A stretch of DNA of 56,445 bases from a bacterium. GTDB lineage: Bacteria; Patescibacteriota; Patescibacteriia; Patescibacteriales; UBA12465. Each line of letters starts with the position of its first letter. Positions within the stretch are counted from its first letter, which is position 1. The position numbers were made by a program, and so were the translations under genes. Below, piece after piece: positions 37,301 to 44,418 of the stretch. The notes beneath the pieces are model-generated. The model was not told the origin of the DNA. It did no database searches and was given only the letters and a program-made list of their open reading frames with translations. The stretch is from contig DAONYH010000005.1 of the NCBI GenBank assembly GCA_035414245.1, forward strand, positions 1 through 56,445, in the 5' to 3' direction.

Positions 37301-37579
37301 ATTATTTAAAAATAAAGAAACCTCAGCAAAGCTAAGTTGATTTTTTTTATCAGAACCAGAAAAAATTACATCTTCACTTTTTTTACCACGTAAAGTTTTT
37401 AGACTTTGTTCACCCAGCGCCCAGCGAATAGCATCGGCAATATTTGATTTTCCTGAACCATTAGGTCCAACTATCGCTGTTATGCCTCTTTTTTGTCCAT
37501 CAACTAAACCAGAGAAAATAAGACGATTTTTATTGGCAAACGATTTAAAACCTTGGATTTCCAGTTTTTCTAAATACAT
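34310..37579 (-). CDS. smc: Chromosome segregation protein SMC
   Basis: Walker A GPNGSGKSNIADAI, long coiled coils, signature LSGGERALTAIAL, Walker B FVVLDEVDAALD; 1089 aa. Confidence 0.93.
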   Translation of the reverse strand: MYLEKLEIQGFKSFANKNRLIFSGLVDGQKRGITAIVGPNGSGKSNIADAIRWALGEQSLKTLRGKKSEDVIFSGSDKKNQLSFAEVSLFLNNEEKITRYLEDEADPEKNNELDQILKTCKEIVITRRIFRSGESEYLLNNNRVRLADIQMLLAKANFGQKTYSVIGQGMVENFLNTSAAERKDFFDEATGVKQFQIKRDAALNKLESSYENLQQVDMLLSEIKPRLKSLTRQVDKLKRRDEIEKNLKAAQLDYYSFIWQDINKQLNNFNNKYLDLEKVKIEKEKKLDKLDDDLNRLRATDNFREINELQPRLRDLESQKNQLQKKFSKLQAELELQLESQGQFDVSWLNNKSNELEVELENLVLEINSLEKSRPKNEEASLLAQLKEIDAELDASLEIKKTISNLEQEKLNLNRQLTKLEAILEASLEASGQFNVSWLNNKKNEINSELEKITEDIFQLEKEIEPTESEKLKNKLQDIQTEMNRLNQKLNQITEKIKVAAKSGGKNEEISRIVNEFLKKLDDLETETDLNKLRRLINEAKTQFQAKIKVILTGESDEDSQQIQETQTAIIALAEKKQALNDRLNDELLRLNSATEKLRIIQEKKERLNKELAEIKVSLEKAQTKFDGQKIENEKVALNRQLKELTEKQRQLSLDLKDEVLVEKKQSLLESLQACRLKDSTINERLKLINDKKSDLEKELADLKEKMSKAELKFDAHSINEDKEEINKAIEKINAEIKEVVSKLDELNAAKEKEKNDLFACQKNIQSLQQEISKVVSDLNELKINATRQETKLEELENNIRSNQLDITEISRLEIKINEVDLERLQKNIAQWKSQLDQIGGIDPETEQEFAETKTRYDFLNNQTTDLNQAIKSLEQIIYELDLNIKSRFDQEFKIISEKFNDYFKILFNGGNAKISKIMIEDLEKEENKNNQNKNHSTEEGLTPAEMEMRKAAEEKMNKIKFLKKYNAVGLAGIDIQATPPGKKIQTVAMLSGGERALTAIALICAIISANPSPFVVLDEVDAALDESNSERLAKILDDLSNKTQFIVVTHNRASMRRASILYGVTMQTDGVSQILSVKLDEAENNFKK

Positions 37580-37713
37580 ATATAATTAAGAAAAGCCTTT
37601 ATCAGGCGTTTTATAACAGTTAGATTAAAGTAAAAACGGCACAAAGGCCTTAACTGTTTTTATTATAAGCTATCTAATTGATTTTTAAAAGTTTATTAGA
37701 TAAGATTAATTAT

Positions 37714-38277
37714 ATGATTATTTCTTTTAGTGGAGCGCAAGGCTCGGGAAAAAGTACTATTGCTGAAAGATTAGCCAAAAAATTAGGATGGCCACGTTAT
37801 TATGTGGGTGGTTTAAGGCGCGAAGCAGCCAAAAAAAGAGGCCTAACTTTATCAGAATACAATAAATTAGGCGAAACAGACCCGGAAACAGATTTAGAAG
37901 TTGATAAATATCAAGAAAAATTAGGTAAAGAACAGGATAATTTTATTATTGAAGGCCGAACTTCTTGGTACTTTATTCCGCATTCTTTCAAGATTTATTT
38001 AGATGTGGAAAAAGAGGTCGGAGCAAAAAGGATTTTTGGCCATTTACAGCAAAAAAATGACAGAAATGAAGATGTAAATTTAAAAAGCTGGGAGGATGTT
38101 TTAGCTAGCAATGAAAAGCGTTTAGAAAGCGATCGTTTACGCTATCAAAAATATTATCAAATTGATGTTAATGATTTAAAACATTATGATTTTTATCTAG
38201 ATACCACCAAGTTTAATCAAGATGAGGTTTTTGCTCAGGTTTGGGAGGCTGTCAAAGAAAAATTAGGGTTAAAATAG
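37714..38277 (+). CDS. Cytidylate-kinase-like P-loop nucleotide kinase
   Basis: MIISFSGAQGSGKSTIAERLAKKLGW... P-loop, with a ...FIIEGR... lid region. The ORF-track start at 37678 is TTG, so I prefer the ATG at 37714. Confidence 0.6.
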   Translation: MIISFSGAQGSGKSTIAERLAKKLGWPRYYVGGLRREAAKKRGLTLSEYNKLGETDPETDLEVDKYQEKLGKEQDNFIIEGRTSWYFIPHSFKIYLDVEKEVGAKRIFGHLQQKNDRNEDVNLKSWEDVLASNEKRLESDRLRYQKYYQIDVNDLKHYDFYLDTTKFNQDEVFAQVWEAVKEKLGLK

Positions 38278-38300
38278 TTAATTTATTCAAGTTTTGTCGC

Positions 38301-38329
38301 TTGACACGTTTTTAAAATAATTATAATAT
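38301..38329 (+). promoter_or_regulatory. Promoter for rplS
   Basis: TTGACA (38301-38306), then TATAAT at 38322-38327 (15-nt spacer) or TAATAT (17-nt spacer). Confidence 0.5.
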
Positions 38330-38410
38330 TAGACAAGATTTATAAACTAAATTTATCAGAAAAAATAATGAGATTAACCAATCTCTTTTATATTACTGAA
38401 AAATAACAAT

Positions 38411-38737
38411 ATGGTTGCAACTAAAATGGAATTAAAACCCGGCTTAACAGTCAGAGTATACCAGAAAATTAAAGAACTTAATTCTAAAGGCGAAGAAAAA
38501 GAACGAGTCCAATATTTTGAGGGCTTGATTATTGCGCGCAAACATAATAAAGAAAAGGGAGCAACGATTACGGTTCGTAAGGTTTCCGATGGTGTTGGCG
38601 TGGAAAAAATCTTTCCGCTTAATTTACCCACGATTACTAAAATTGAAATCAAGAAAGAAGCTAAGGTAAAAAAAGCGAAATTATATTATCTTCGTTCCGG
38701 CTATAAAAAAAGATTAAAAGAGAAAGTAGTAAAATAA
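38411..38737 (+). CDS. rplS: 50S ribosomal protein L19
   Basis: ...RVYQKIKE...[15 protein letters not shown]...[28 protein letters not shown]... is the L19 signature. Confidence 0.93.
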   Translation: MVATKMELKPGLTVRVYQKIKELNSKGEEKERVQYFEGLIIARKHNKEKGATITVRKVSDGVGVEKIFPLNLPTITKIEIKKEAKVKKAKLYYLRSGYKKRLKEKVVK

Positions 38738-38759
38738 TTTTTTGCGCGAATTTATTTTC

Positions 38760-38846
<87 letters not shown>

Positions 38847-38895
38847 TTCGTTCAGAAAATATTTTTTTATTTGATTAACAATTAAAATAGTATTC

Positions 38896-38972
38896 GGGCG
38901 CATAGCTCAGCTGGTTAGAGCACTTCGTTTACACCGAAGGGGTCCAGGGTTCGATTCCTTGTGCGCCCACCA
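38896..38972 (+). tRNA. tRNA-Val (anticodon UAC), CCA encoded
   Basis: Acceptor GGGCGCA/UGCGCCC, anticodon loop UUUACAC, T-loop GGTTCGATTCC, then A-CCA. Confidence 0.9.
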
Positions 38973-38977
38973 GAACA

Positions 38978-39024
38978 ACAAAACATCCGTCAGGGTGTTT
39001 TTTGTTTTGTTGATTATTTTAGTT
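38978..39024 (+). terminator. Terminator module, direct-repeat copy A (after tRNA-Val)
   Basis: AACATCC-GTCA-GGGTGTT hairpin plus TTTTTGTTTTGTTGATT. The same ~45-bp module recurs at 41192-41236. Confidence 0.8.
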
Positions 39025-39106
39025 AATCTAGATAGAATAAATCTAGATAAAACAATATATTATTAAAATGATAATATATATCAATTAATATGAATTAAGA
39101 ATTAAT

Positions 39107-41131
39107 ATGATGAACCTAGAAAGAAACCCAAATTTTCTCAAGAATAAATATAATCTCCATAATACTGAAGAAGTGCGTTCAGCTAGTTTGAGAACTGAAA
39201 AAAGAACTGGCGAAAAAGTACCTCAAAAACCAGAGGCCCAGATTCAAAACTATTTAGACAGATTCCAAGAAATAATTAACAGACCAGATGAAAATAAAAG
39301 AGCCCAAGGACTGGAGGCGCTCAAAAAAGTATTACACAATAATCTAGTTATTAAACCAGAAGACATACCGGAAAACTATTTCAAAAATCAACAAAGGCTA
39401 GCCAGAGAACAAGGGTGGGGTGATATTGAAATAGATGACGAACAAAAAAAGCAGCGAATTGAAATAATTATAGCTGATCAAAAGAGTTCACTTGATAATT
39501 GGGTGGACTATTTATCCTCGGAAGATGCGTTGTATCCTGATTGGCTCAAATATTATGCGTTTAGAAGTATTTCTCAATTAGGTAGGTATAACAAAGAAAA
39601 GAAAGAGTTCGCTAAAAGAACAAAAAATACTACTGAACCATTTCCGGATATTAATCGTGAAGCTTTAGCTTATGTATTAGATGAAATAGTTAATAAATAT
39701 CAGAGCCAAATAAAACCTAAAGAAGCATTGGAATTGAGATATCAAAAAATTGATAAAGATGAAACTCTAACAGCTAAAGGAAAAGAAAGCCGAAAGGCAG
39801 AGCAAGCACAATTTCAAGAATTTTTAAATAATGAAAATTTTGCTAAGTTATATGCTTTTGCGATTGATAAAGTAGCACCAATTAGCAAAGAAAGACTAGA
39901 AAATATTGAAGGTAAGTGGGTTAAGTATGATAAGGGCTCTGATTATCTTCCCCTAATTAAATCTTTGCAGGGACACGGCACTGGTTGGTGCACGACTGGT
40001 GAGTTAACTGCTAAAACTCAACTTCAAGAAGGCGATTTTTATGTTTATTATTCAAATGATGAAAAAAATAACCCTAATATTCCTAGAGTAGCTATTAGAA
40101 TGAGCGAAAATAATATTTCAGAAATAAGAGGAGTTGCACCTAATCAAAATCTTGACCAATATATTTCTCCTGTAGTTGATAAAAAATTAGCTGAGTTTGG
40201 TCACGAAGGAGAAAGATATAAGAAGAAGTCATCTGACATGAAAATTCTAACAGATATTGATAATAGATTTAAAAAGGGAGAAGAATTAACTGAAAATGAT
40301 TTAAGATTTTTGTATCAAGTAGATTCTAGAATTGAAGGTTTTGGCTATAAAAAAGATCCAAGAATTGAGGAAATATTAAACGAGCGAAATAAAAGAGAAG
40401 ATTTATTCAATCTTTTTAATTGCCGACCAGAACAAATTAGTTTTACTGAGGAAGAGGCTCTGAGTGGAAATATTGTTTTTCATCATGGAGATTTAAGTCC
40501 TAAAAAAATTACCTCAGCCGAAGGATTAAAACTGCCTAACTCTATTAGTGGAAATCTTAACCTTAGAAATCTAAAATCAGCCGAAGGATTAAAACTACCT
40601 AACTCTATTAGTGGAAATCTTAATCTTAGAAATCTAAAATCAGCCGAAGGATTAACGCTGTCTAAATATATTGGTGGTAATCTTAATCTTTGTAACCTTA
40701 CTTCAGCCGAAGGACTGACATTCCCTGACTCTATTGATGGGAATATTGATCTTGATAGTCTTACCTCAGCCGAAGGACTAACATTCCCTGACTCTATTGG
40801 TGGAGATCTTGTTCTTAGAAACCTTACCTCAGCCGAAGGATTAAAACTGCCTAATTCTATTGGTGGAGATCTTGTTCTTAGAAACCTTACCTCAGCCGAA
40901 GGATTAAAACTGCCTAATTCTATAAATAGAGATCTTGATTTTAGAAATCTTTTTTCAGCCGAAGGACTAACATTCCCTAACTCTATTGGCGGGAATCTTT
41001 ATCTTCACAATCTTGATCTTGATAGTCTTAAATCAACTAAAGGACTAACACTGCCTAATTTTATTGGTGGGAAACTTTATCTTAGAGATGGCGAACATAC
41101 TTTAGAAGACTTACATAAACTGATGAACTAA
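39107..41131 (+). CDS. Large protein: unknown ~470-aa N-terminal region plus nine C-terminal 20-aa LRR-like repeats
   Basis: 674-aa ORF with no signal peptide seen by eye. The C-terminus carries repeats of the form SAEGL(K/T)(L/F)P(N/D)SI(S/G)G(N/D)L(N/V)LRNL(K/T). Confidence 0.8.
   Translation: MMNLERNPNFLKNKYNLHNTEEVRSASLRTEKRTGEKVPQKPEAQIQNYLDRFQEIINRPDENKRAQGLEALKKVLHNNLVIKPEDIPENYFKNQQRLAREQGWGDIEIDDEQKKQRIEIIIADQKSSLDNWVDYLSSEDALYPDWLKYYAFRSISQLGRYNKEKKEFAKRTKNTTEPFPDINREALAYVLDEIVNKYQSQIKPKEALELRYQKIDKDETLTAKGKESRKAEQAQFQEFLNNENFAKLYAFAIDKVAPISKERLENIEGKWVKYDKGSDYLPLIKSLQGHGTGWCTTGELTAKTQLQEGDFYVYYSNDEKNNPNIPRVAIRMSENNISEIRGVAPNQNLDQYISPVVDKKLAEFGHEGERYKKKSSDMKILTDIDNRFKKGEELTENDLRFLYQVDSRIEGFGYKKDPRIEEILNERNKREDLFNLFNCRPEQISFTEEEALSGNIVFHHGDLSPKKITSAEGLKLPNSISGNLNLRNLKSAEGLKLPNSISGNLNLRNLKSAEGLTLSKYIGGNLNLCNLTSAEGLTFPDSIDGNIDLDSLTSAEGLTFPDSIGGDLVLRNLTSAEGLKLPNSIGGDLVLRNLTSAEGLKLPNSINRDLDFRNLFSAEGLTFPNSIGGNLYLHNLDLDSLKSTKGLTLPNFIGGKLYLRDGEHTLEDLHKLMN
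40514..41090 (+). repeat. Tandem ~60-bp coding repeats (about 9 units)
   Basis: Units 1 and 2 (40514-40633) are nearly identical at the DNA level, as are the pair at ~40814-40933. The repeats stay in frame throughout. Confidence 0.95.
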
Positions 41132-41191
41132 TAACAAAATAAAGAGAAAATTTTATTAAGAGAAAAATTTTCTAAATGCGCTCATAAAAGC

Positions 41192-41236
41192 AATAAAACA
41201 TCCGTTAGGGTGTTTTTTTTGTTTTGTTGATTTAGT
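41192..41236 (+). terminator. Terminator module, direct-repeat copy B (after the 674-aa gene)
   Basis: AACATCC-GTTA-GGGTGTT hairpin plus TTTTTTTGTTTTGTTGATTTAGTT. It differs from copy A by a loop substitution and T-run length. Confidence 0.8.
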
Positions 41237-41288
41237 TTGTGTTTAAGTTTTTTTGGTGATAATATGAAAGCGATTAATCTTAAAGCTA

Positions 41289-42029
41289 ATGCGAGAAAAA
41301 TTAAGCGAACAATTAAGTAAGATTTTAGTTGTCTTTCTCTTCTTTTTATCATTTTTGTTAATATTTAATATCAATGATAAAGAAGTAATATTGAGCGATG
41401 AGGAGTTAGATTTAGTGGCTAATGTCTGGGAAGAAAATAATGAAGAGTATGATTATCTAATTAATAACGAAGTAGATATTTTAGAAGATGGCTTGTTTGA
41501 GGTTATTAAAGTTGTAGATGGTGATACGATTAAGGTCAATATAAATGGTGAAGAGAAAACAGTCAGATTAATTGGGATTAACACACCAGAAGTAGTTGAT
41601 CCTAGAAAAACAGTTGAATGTTTTGGTCGGGAAGCATCAGCCAAAGCTAAGGAAATTTTGGAAAATAAAAAAGTTAAGTTAGAAAGCGATTTTAGTCAAG
41701 ACAATTATGATCGCTATGGGCGGCTATTGCGTTATGTATATTTGGAAGACGGATTATTTTTTAATGAATGGATGATTGAGAATGGTTATGCTTTTGAATA
41801 TACTTATGAACTGCCTTATCAATATCAAACAGAATTTAAAAATGCGCAGAGATTTGCTCAGGATAATAAAATGGGATTATGGGCTGATGGTGTCTGTGAT
41901 TATTTTACCGAATCAAATACAGAATTAGACAAAGAGGAAGTCAAATCAGATTCAAATAAAAATTTAAAAGATAATTTAGCTCAATTTATAAAAAATAGTA
42001 TAATAAGGAATGTATGGAAAAAAGATTAA
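41289..42029 (+). CDS. Membrane-anchored/secreted staphylococcal-nuclease-like (SNase/thermonuclease) protein
   Basis: N-terminal TM helix, then ...VVDGDTIKVNINGEEKTVRLIGINTPE...CFGREASAKAKE...DRYGRLLRYVYLEDG...NEWMIENGYA..., the SNase core. Confidence 0.85.
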   Translation: MREKLSEQLSKILVVFLFFLSFLLIFNINDKEVILSDEELDLVANVWEENNEEYDYLINNEVDILEDGLFEVIKVVDGDTIKVNINGEEKTVRLIGINTPEVVDPRKTVECFGREASAKAKEILENKKVKLESDFSQDNYDRYGRLLRYVYLEDGLFFNEWMIENGYAFEYTYELPYQYQTEFKNAQRFAQDNKMGLWADGVCDYFTESNTELDKEEVKSDSNKNLKDNLAQFIKNSIIRNVWKKD

Positions 42030-42475
42030 TCACGCAAAGTGCCAAGGCCAGTTTTGTTTTAGGAAAAAAATTGGGCAGTCAGTTATCAGGCGGAGAGTTT
42101 TTAGCTTTGACCGGTGATTTAGGCTCGGGAAAAACCACTTTTTTACAGGGATTAGCACAAGGACTAGGTGTCTTAGCGAAAGTTAATAGTCCGACTTTTA
42201 ATATTTTGAAAATTTATAAAACCAAGAAAGGGGCAACGGTTAAGAGTTTTTGTCATATTGACGCTTATCGTTTAAATTCGGCGCGTGAATTAGAAAATTT
42301 GGGTTTTGACGAACTACTTGAACAAAAAGATTTAGTCATTGCTTTGGAATGGGCCGATAAGGTAAAAAGTATTTTGCCTCAGTGCAGAATAAATATTGCT
42401 ATAAAGCACAAAACAAATCAAATCAGAGAAATAAAAATTAAATCTACCATCAAAGCTATTAAATTAGATTTATAA
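42014..42475 (+). CDS. tsaE: tRNA t6A37 biosynthesis ATPase TsaE
   Basis: [33 protein letters not shown] and HIDAYRL motifs. Confidence 0.88.
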   Translation: MEKRLITQSAKASFVLGKKLGSQLSGGEFLALTGDLGSGKTTFLQGLAQGLGVLAKVNSPTFNILKIYKTKKGATVKSFCHIDAYRLNSARELENLGFDELLEQKDLVIALEWADKVKSILPQCRINIAIKHKTNQIREIKIKSTIKAIKLDL

Positions 42476-42506
42476 AAAAATAGTCGCGTCAATAAATCGC
42501 CTAAAC

Positions 42507-42540
42507 AAAAACCGTCCAAATACAATAGGACGGTTTTTGT
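42507..42540. terminator. Bidirectional terminator (tsaE / basic protein gene)
   Basis: AAAACCGTCC-loop-GGACGGTTTT, a 10-bp stem with flanking A and T runs. Confidence 0.8.
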
Positions 42541-42588
42541 ATAATTTTCAAATTAATAAAACCTATTATCACTAATAAATTTTAAAAA

Positions 42589-42741
42589 TTATTTTCTCTT
42601 TTTTGCGGTTTTTCTTTTAGCAGTTTTTTTCTTAGGAGCTGCTTTCTTTTTAGCAGCTTTCTTTTTTGGAGCTGCTTTCTTTTTAGCAACCTTCTTCTTA
42701 GGAGCTGCTTTCTTCACCGCTTTTTTAGCTTTTTTCTTCAT
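42589..42741 (-). CDS. Histone H1-like Lys/Ala/Pro-rich basic protein (50 aa)
   Basis: MKKKAKKAVKKAAPKKKVAKKKAAPKKKAAKKKAAPKKKTAKRKTAKKRK. A strong SD, AAGGGGGGTGA, lies 5 nt upstream of this ATG, so I prefer it over the longer 67-aa ORF. Confidence 0.7.
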   Translation of the reverse strand: MKKKAKKAVKKAAPKKKVAKKKAAPKKKAAKKKAAPKKKTAKRKTAKKRK

Positions 42742-42826
42742 AGATATCACCCCCCTTCTTGAAAAATTTTTATCATTAGAATGATGATACAAAAAAATTT
42801 TTGTAAAGAATTATCCTTACAACTAT

Positions 42827-42855
42827 ATTATACAACGATTAAAAATAAGTAGCAA
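42827..42855 (-). promoter_or_regulatory. Promoter for the basic protein gene
   Basis: The minus strand reads TTGCTA (42855-42850), a 17-nt spacer, then TATAAT (42832-42827). Confidence 0.6.
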
Positions 42856-42879
42856 TAGTTTTTCCGCTTTTTTTAAAAA

Positions 42880-42913
42880 AATCTCCCCGACCGATTCCGA
42901 AGTCGAGGAGATT
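42880..42913 (-). terminator. Rho-independent terminator of glyQS
   Basis: 12-bp stem AATCTCCCCGAC/GTCGAGGAGATT (one mismatch). On the minus strand it is followed by TTTTTTT. Confidence 0.7.
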
Positions 42914-42963
42914 TATTTTTTATTTTCAGCAAGAAAATTTTTTCCAACCAGTTCAACTAATGT

Positions 42964-44352
42964 TTAAATTTGTTTTTGGAAAAAATTTTTCAATTCCGAT
43001 ATTTTAATTCTGGTTTGTTTCATACTATCTCGTTCACGCACTGTGACATCATCATTTTCTAAAGAATCAAAGTCAACTGTCAGACAGAAAGGTGTACCAA
43101 TTTCATCTTGGCGACGATAACGTTTACCAATATTACCGTTATCATCAAATTCACAACGCCAATTATTTTTTAAATCATTATAAAGATCATGAGCTTTTTT
43201 GACTAATTCTGGCTTATTTTTAAGCAGAGGAAAGATGGCGATTTTGATTGGTGCCAGCTTTGGATTAAGGGCTAAAACAATTCTTTTTTCGCCATTAACT
43301 TCCTCTTCTTTATAAGCATCATTTAAGACTGCTAAAAATGTTCGGCCAACACCAGCGGAAGTTTCTACAACATGAGGCACAAATTTTTCATTAGTAGTTG
43401 GATCAAGATAACTTAAATCTTGTTTAGAAAATTTAGCGTGTTGAGTTAAGTCATAATTACCACGCGCATGTATACCTTCTAGTTCTTTAAAACCAAAAGG
43501 AAAATTGTATTCTATGTCATAAGCTTGTTTGGCATAAAAAACAAGATTTTCGTGTTTATGCCAACGCAAATTTTCTTTTTTTATACCCAAGTCAAGATAA
43601 AAGTTAAATCTGATTTCTTTCCACAGATCAAAATATTTATCTTCTTCTTCCGGTCTAACAAAGAATTGCATTTCCATTTGTTCAAATTCTCTAGTGCGAA
43701 AAATAAATTGACGAGCCGTGATTTCATTTCGAAACGCTTTTCCGATTTGGGCAATGCCGAAAGGAATTTTAACGCGCGCTGAGTCAACCACATTTTTAAA
43801 ATTAACATAAATACCCTGACAAGTTTCGCCCCGCAAGTAAGTTGGCTCCTTAGTCCAATCACTGGTGAAATTTCCTAAATTAGATTGAACCAATAAATTA
43901 AATTTTTTTCCGGGAGTTAAATTTTTAGCGCCACAGTTCGGACATTTAATTTTATCTTTATGATTGGCAAAAATTTTATTTATTTCCTCTTCGCTCATTT
44001 TTTCATCAGCTAATATACCGGCATCTTCTAATAAAGAGTCAAGACGCAAACGACTATGACATTTTTTACATTCAGTCAAAGGATCAGAAAAACCCTTTAC
44101 ATGACCGGAAGCTTCCCAGATTTTGGGACTCATAAATATAGCCGAGTCTAAACCAACTACATCATCTCTTAGTTGAGTCATGGCTTTCCACCAAGCTTGT
44201 TTTATATTATTTGCTAGTTCAACTCCATAAGGGCCAAAGTCATAAATTGCGGCAAAACCATCATAAATTTCCGAAGAAGGGAAAACAAAACCCCTTCTTT
44301 TCGCTAGGGCGACTAAATTTTCTAATTTTTTTTCGTTTGCTTTCTCTTTCAT
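42964..44352 (-). CDS. glyQS: Glycine--tRNA ligase (dimeric class II type)
   Basis: ...AKRRGFVFPSSEIYDGFAAIYDFGPYGVELANNIKQAWW..., the class II motifs, and an anticodon-binding C-domain; 462 aa. Confidence 0.93.
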   Translation of the reverse strand: MKEKANEKKLENLVALAKRRGFVFPSSEIYDGFAAIYDFGPYGVELANNIKQAWWKAMTQLRDDVVGLDSAIFMSPKIWEASGHVKGFSDPLTECKKCHSRLRLDSLLEDAGILADEKMSEEEINKIFANHKDKIKCPNCGAKNLTPGKKFNLLVQSNLGNFTSDWTKEPTYLRGETCQGIYVNFKNVVDSARVKIPFGIAQIGKAFRNEITARQFIFRTREFEQMEMQFFVRPEEEDKYFDLWKEIRFNFYLDLGIKKENLRWHKHENLVFYAKQAYDIEYNFPFGFKELEGIHARGNYDLTQHAKFSKQDLSYLDPTTNEKFVPHVVETSAGVGRTFLAVLNDAYKEEEVNGEKRIVLALNPKLAPIKIAIFPLLKNKPELVKKAHDLYNDLKNNWRCEFDDNGNIGKRYRRQDEIGTPFCLTVDFDSLENDDVTVRERDSMKQTRIKISELKNFFQKQI

Positions 44353-44418
44353 ATAATTAAGATTACATTTTTCCTAATTAAAATTATGCTCTTCAAAATT
44401 ACGTTCTCCTAATTAAGA

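Noticed and set aside
38374-38652. 92-aa minus-strand ORF
   Set aside because: It is antisense to rplS, whose L19 signature is clear.
40514-41090. Possible CRISPR array suggested by the regular ~60-bp periodicity
   Set aside because: The units are contiguous with no unique spacers, stay in one open reading frame, and translate to a coherent 20-aa protein repeat. No cas genes are nearby.
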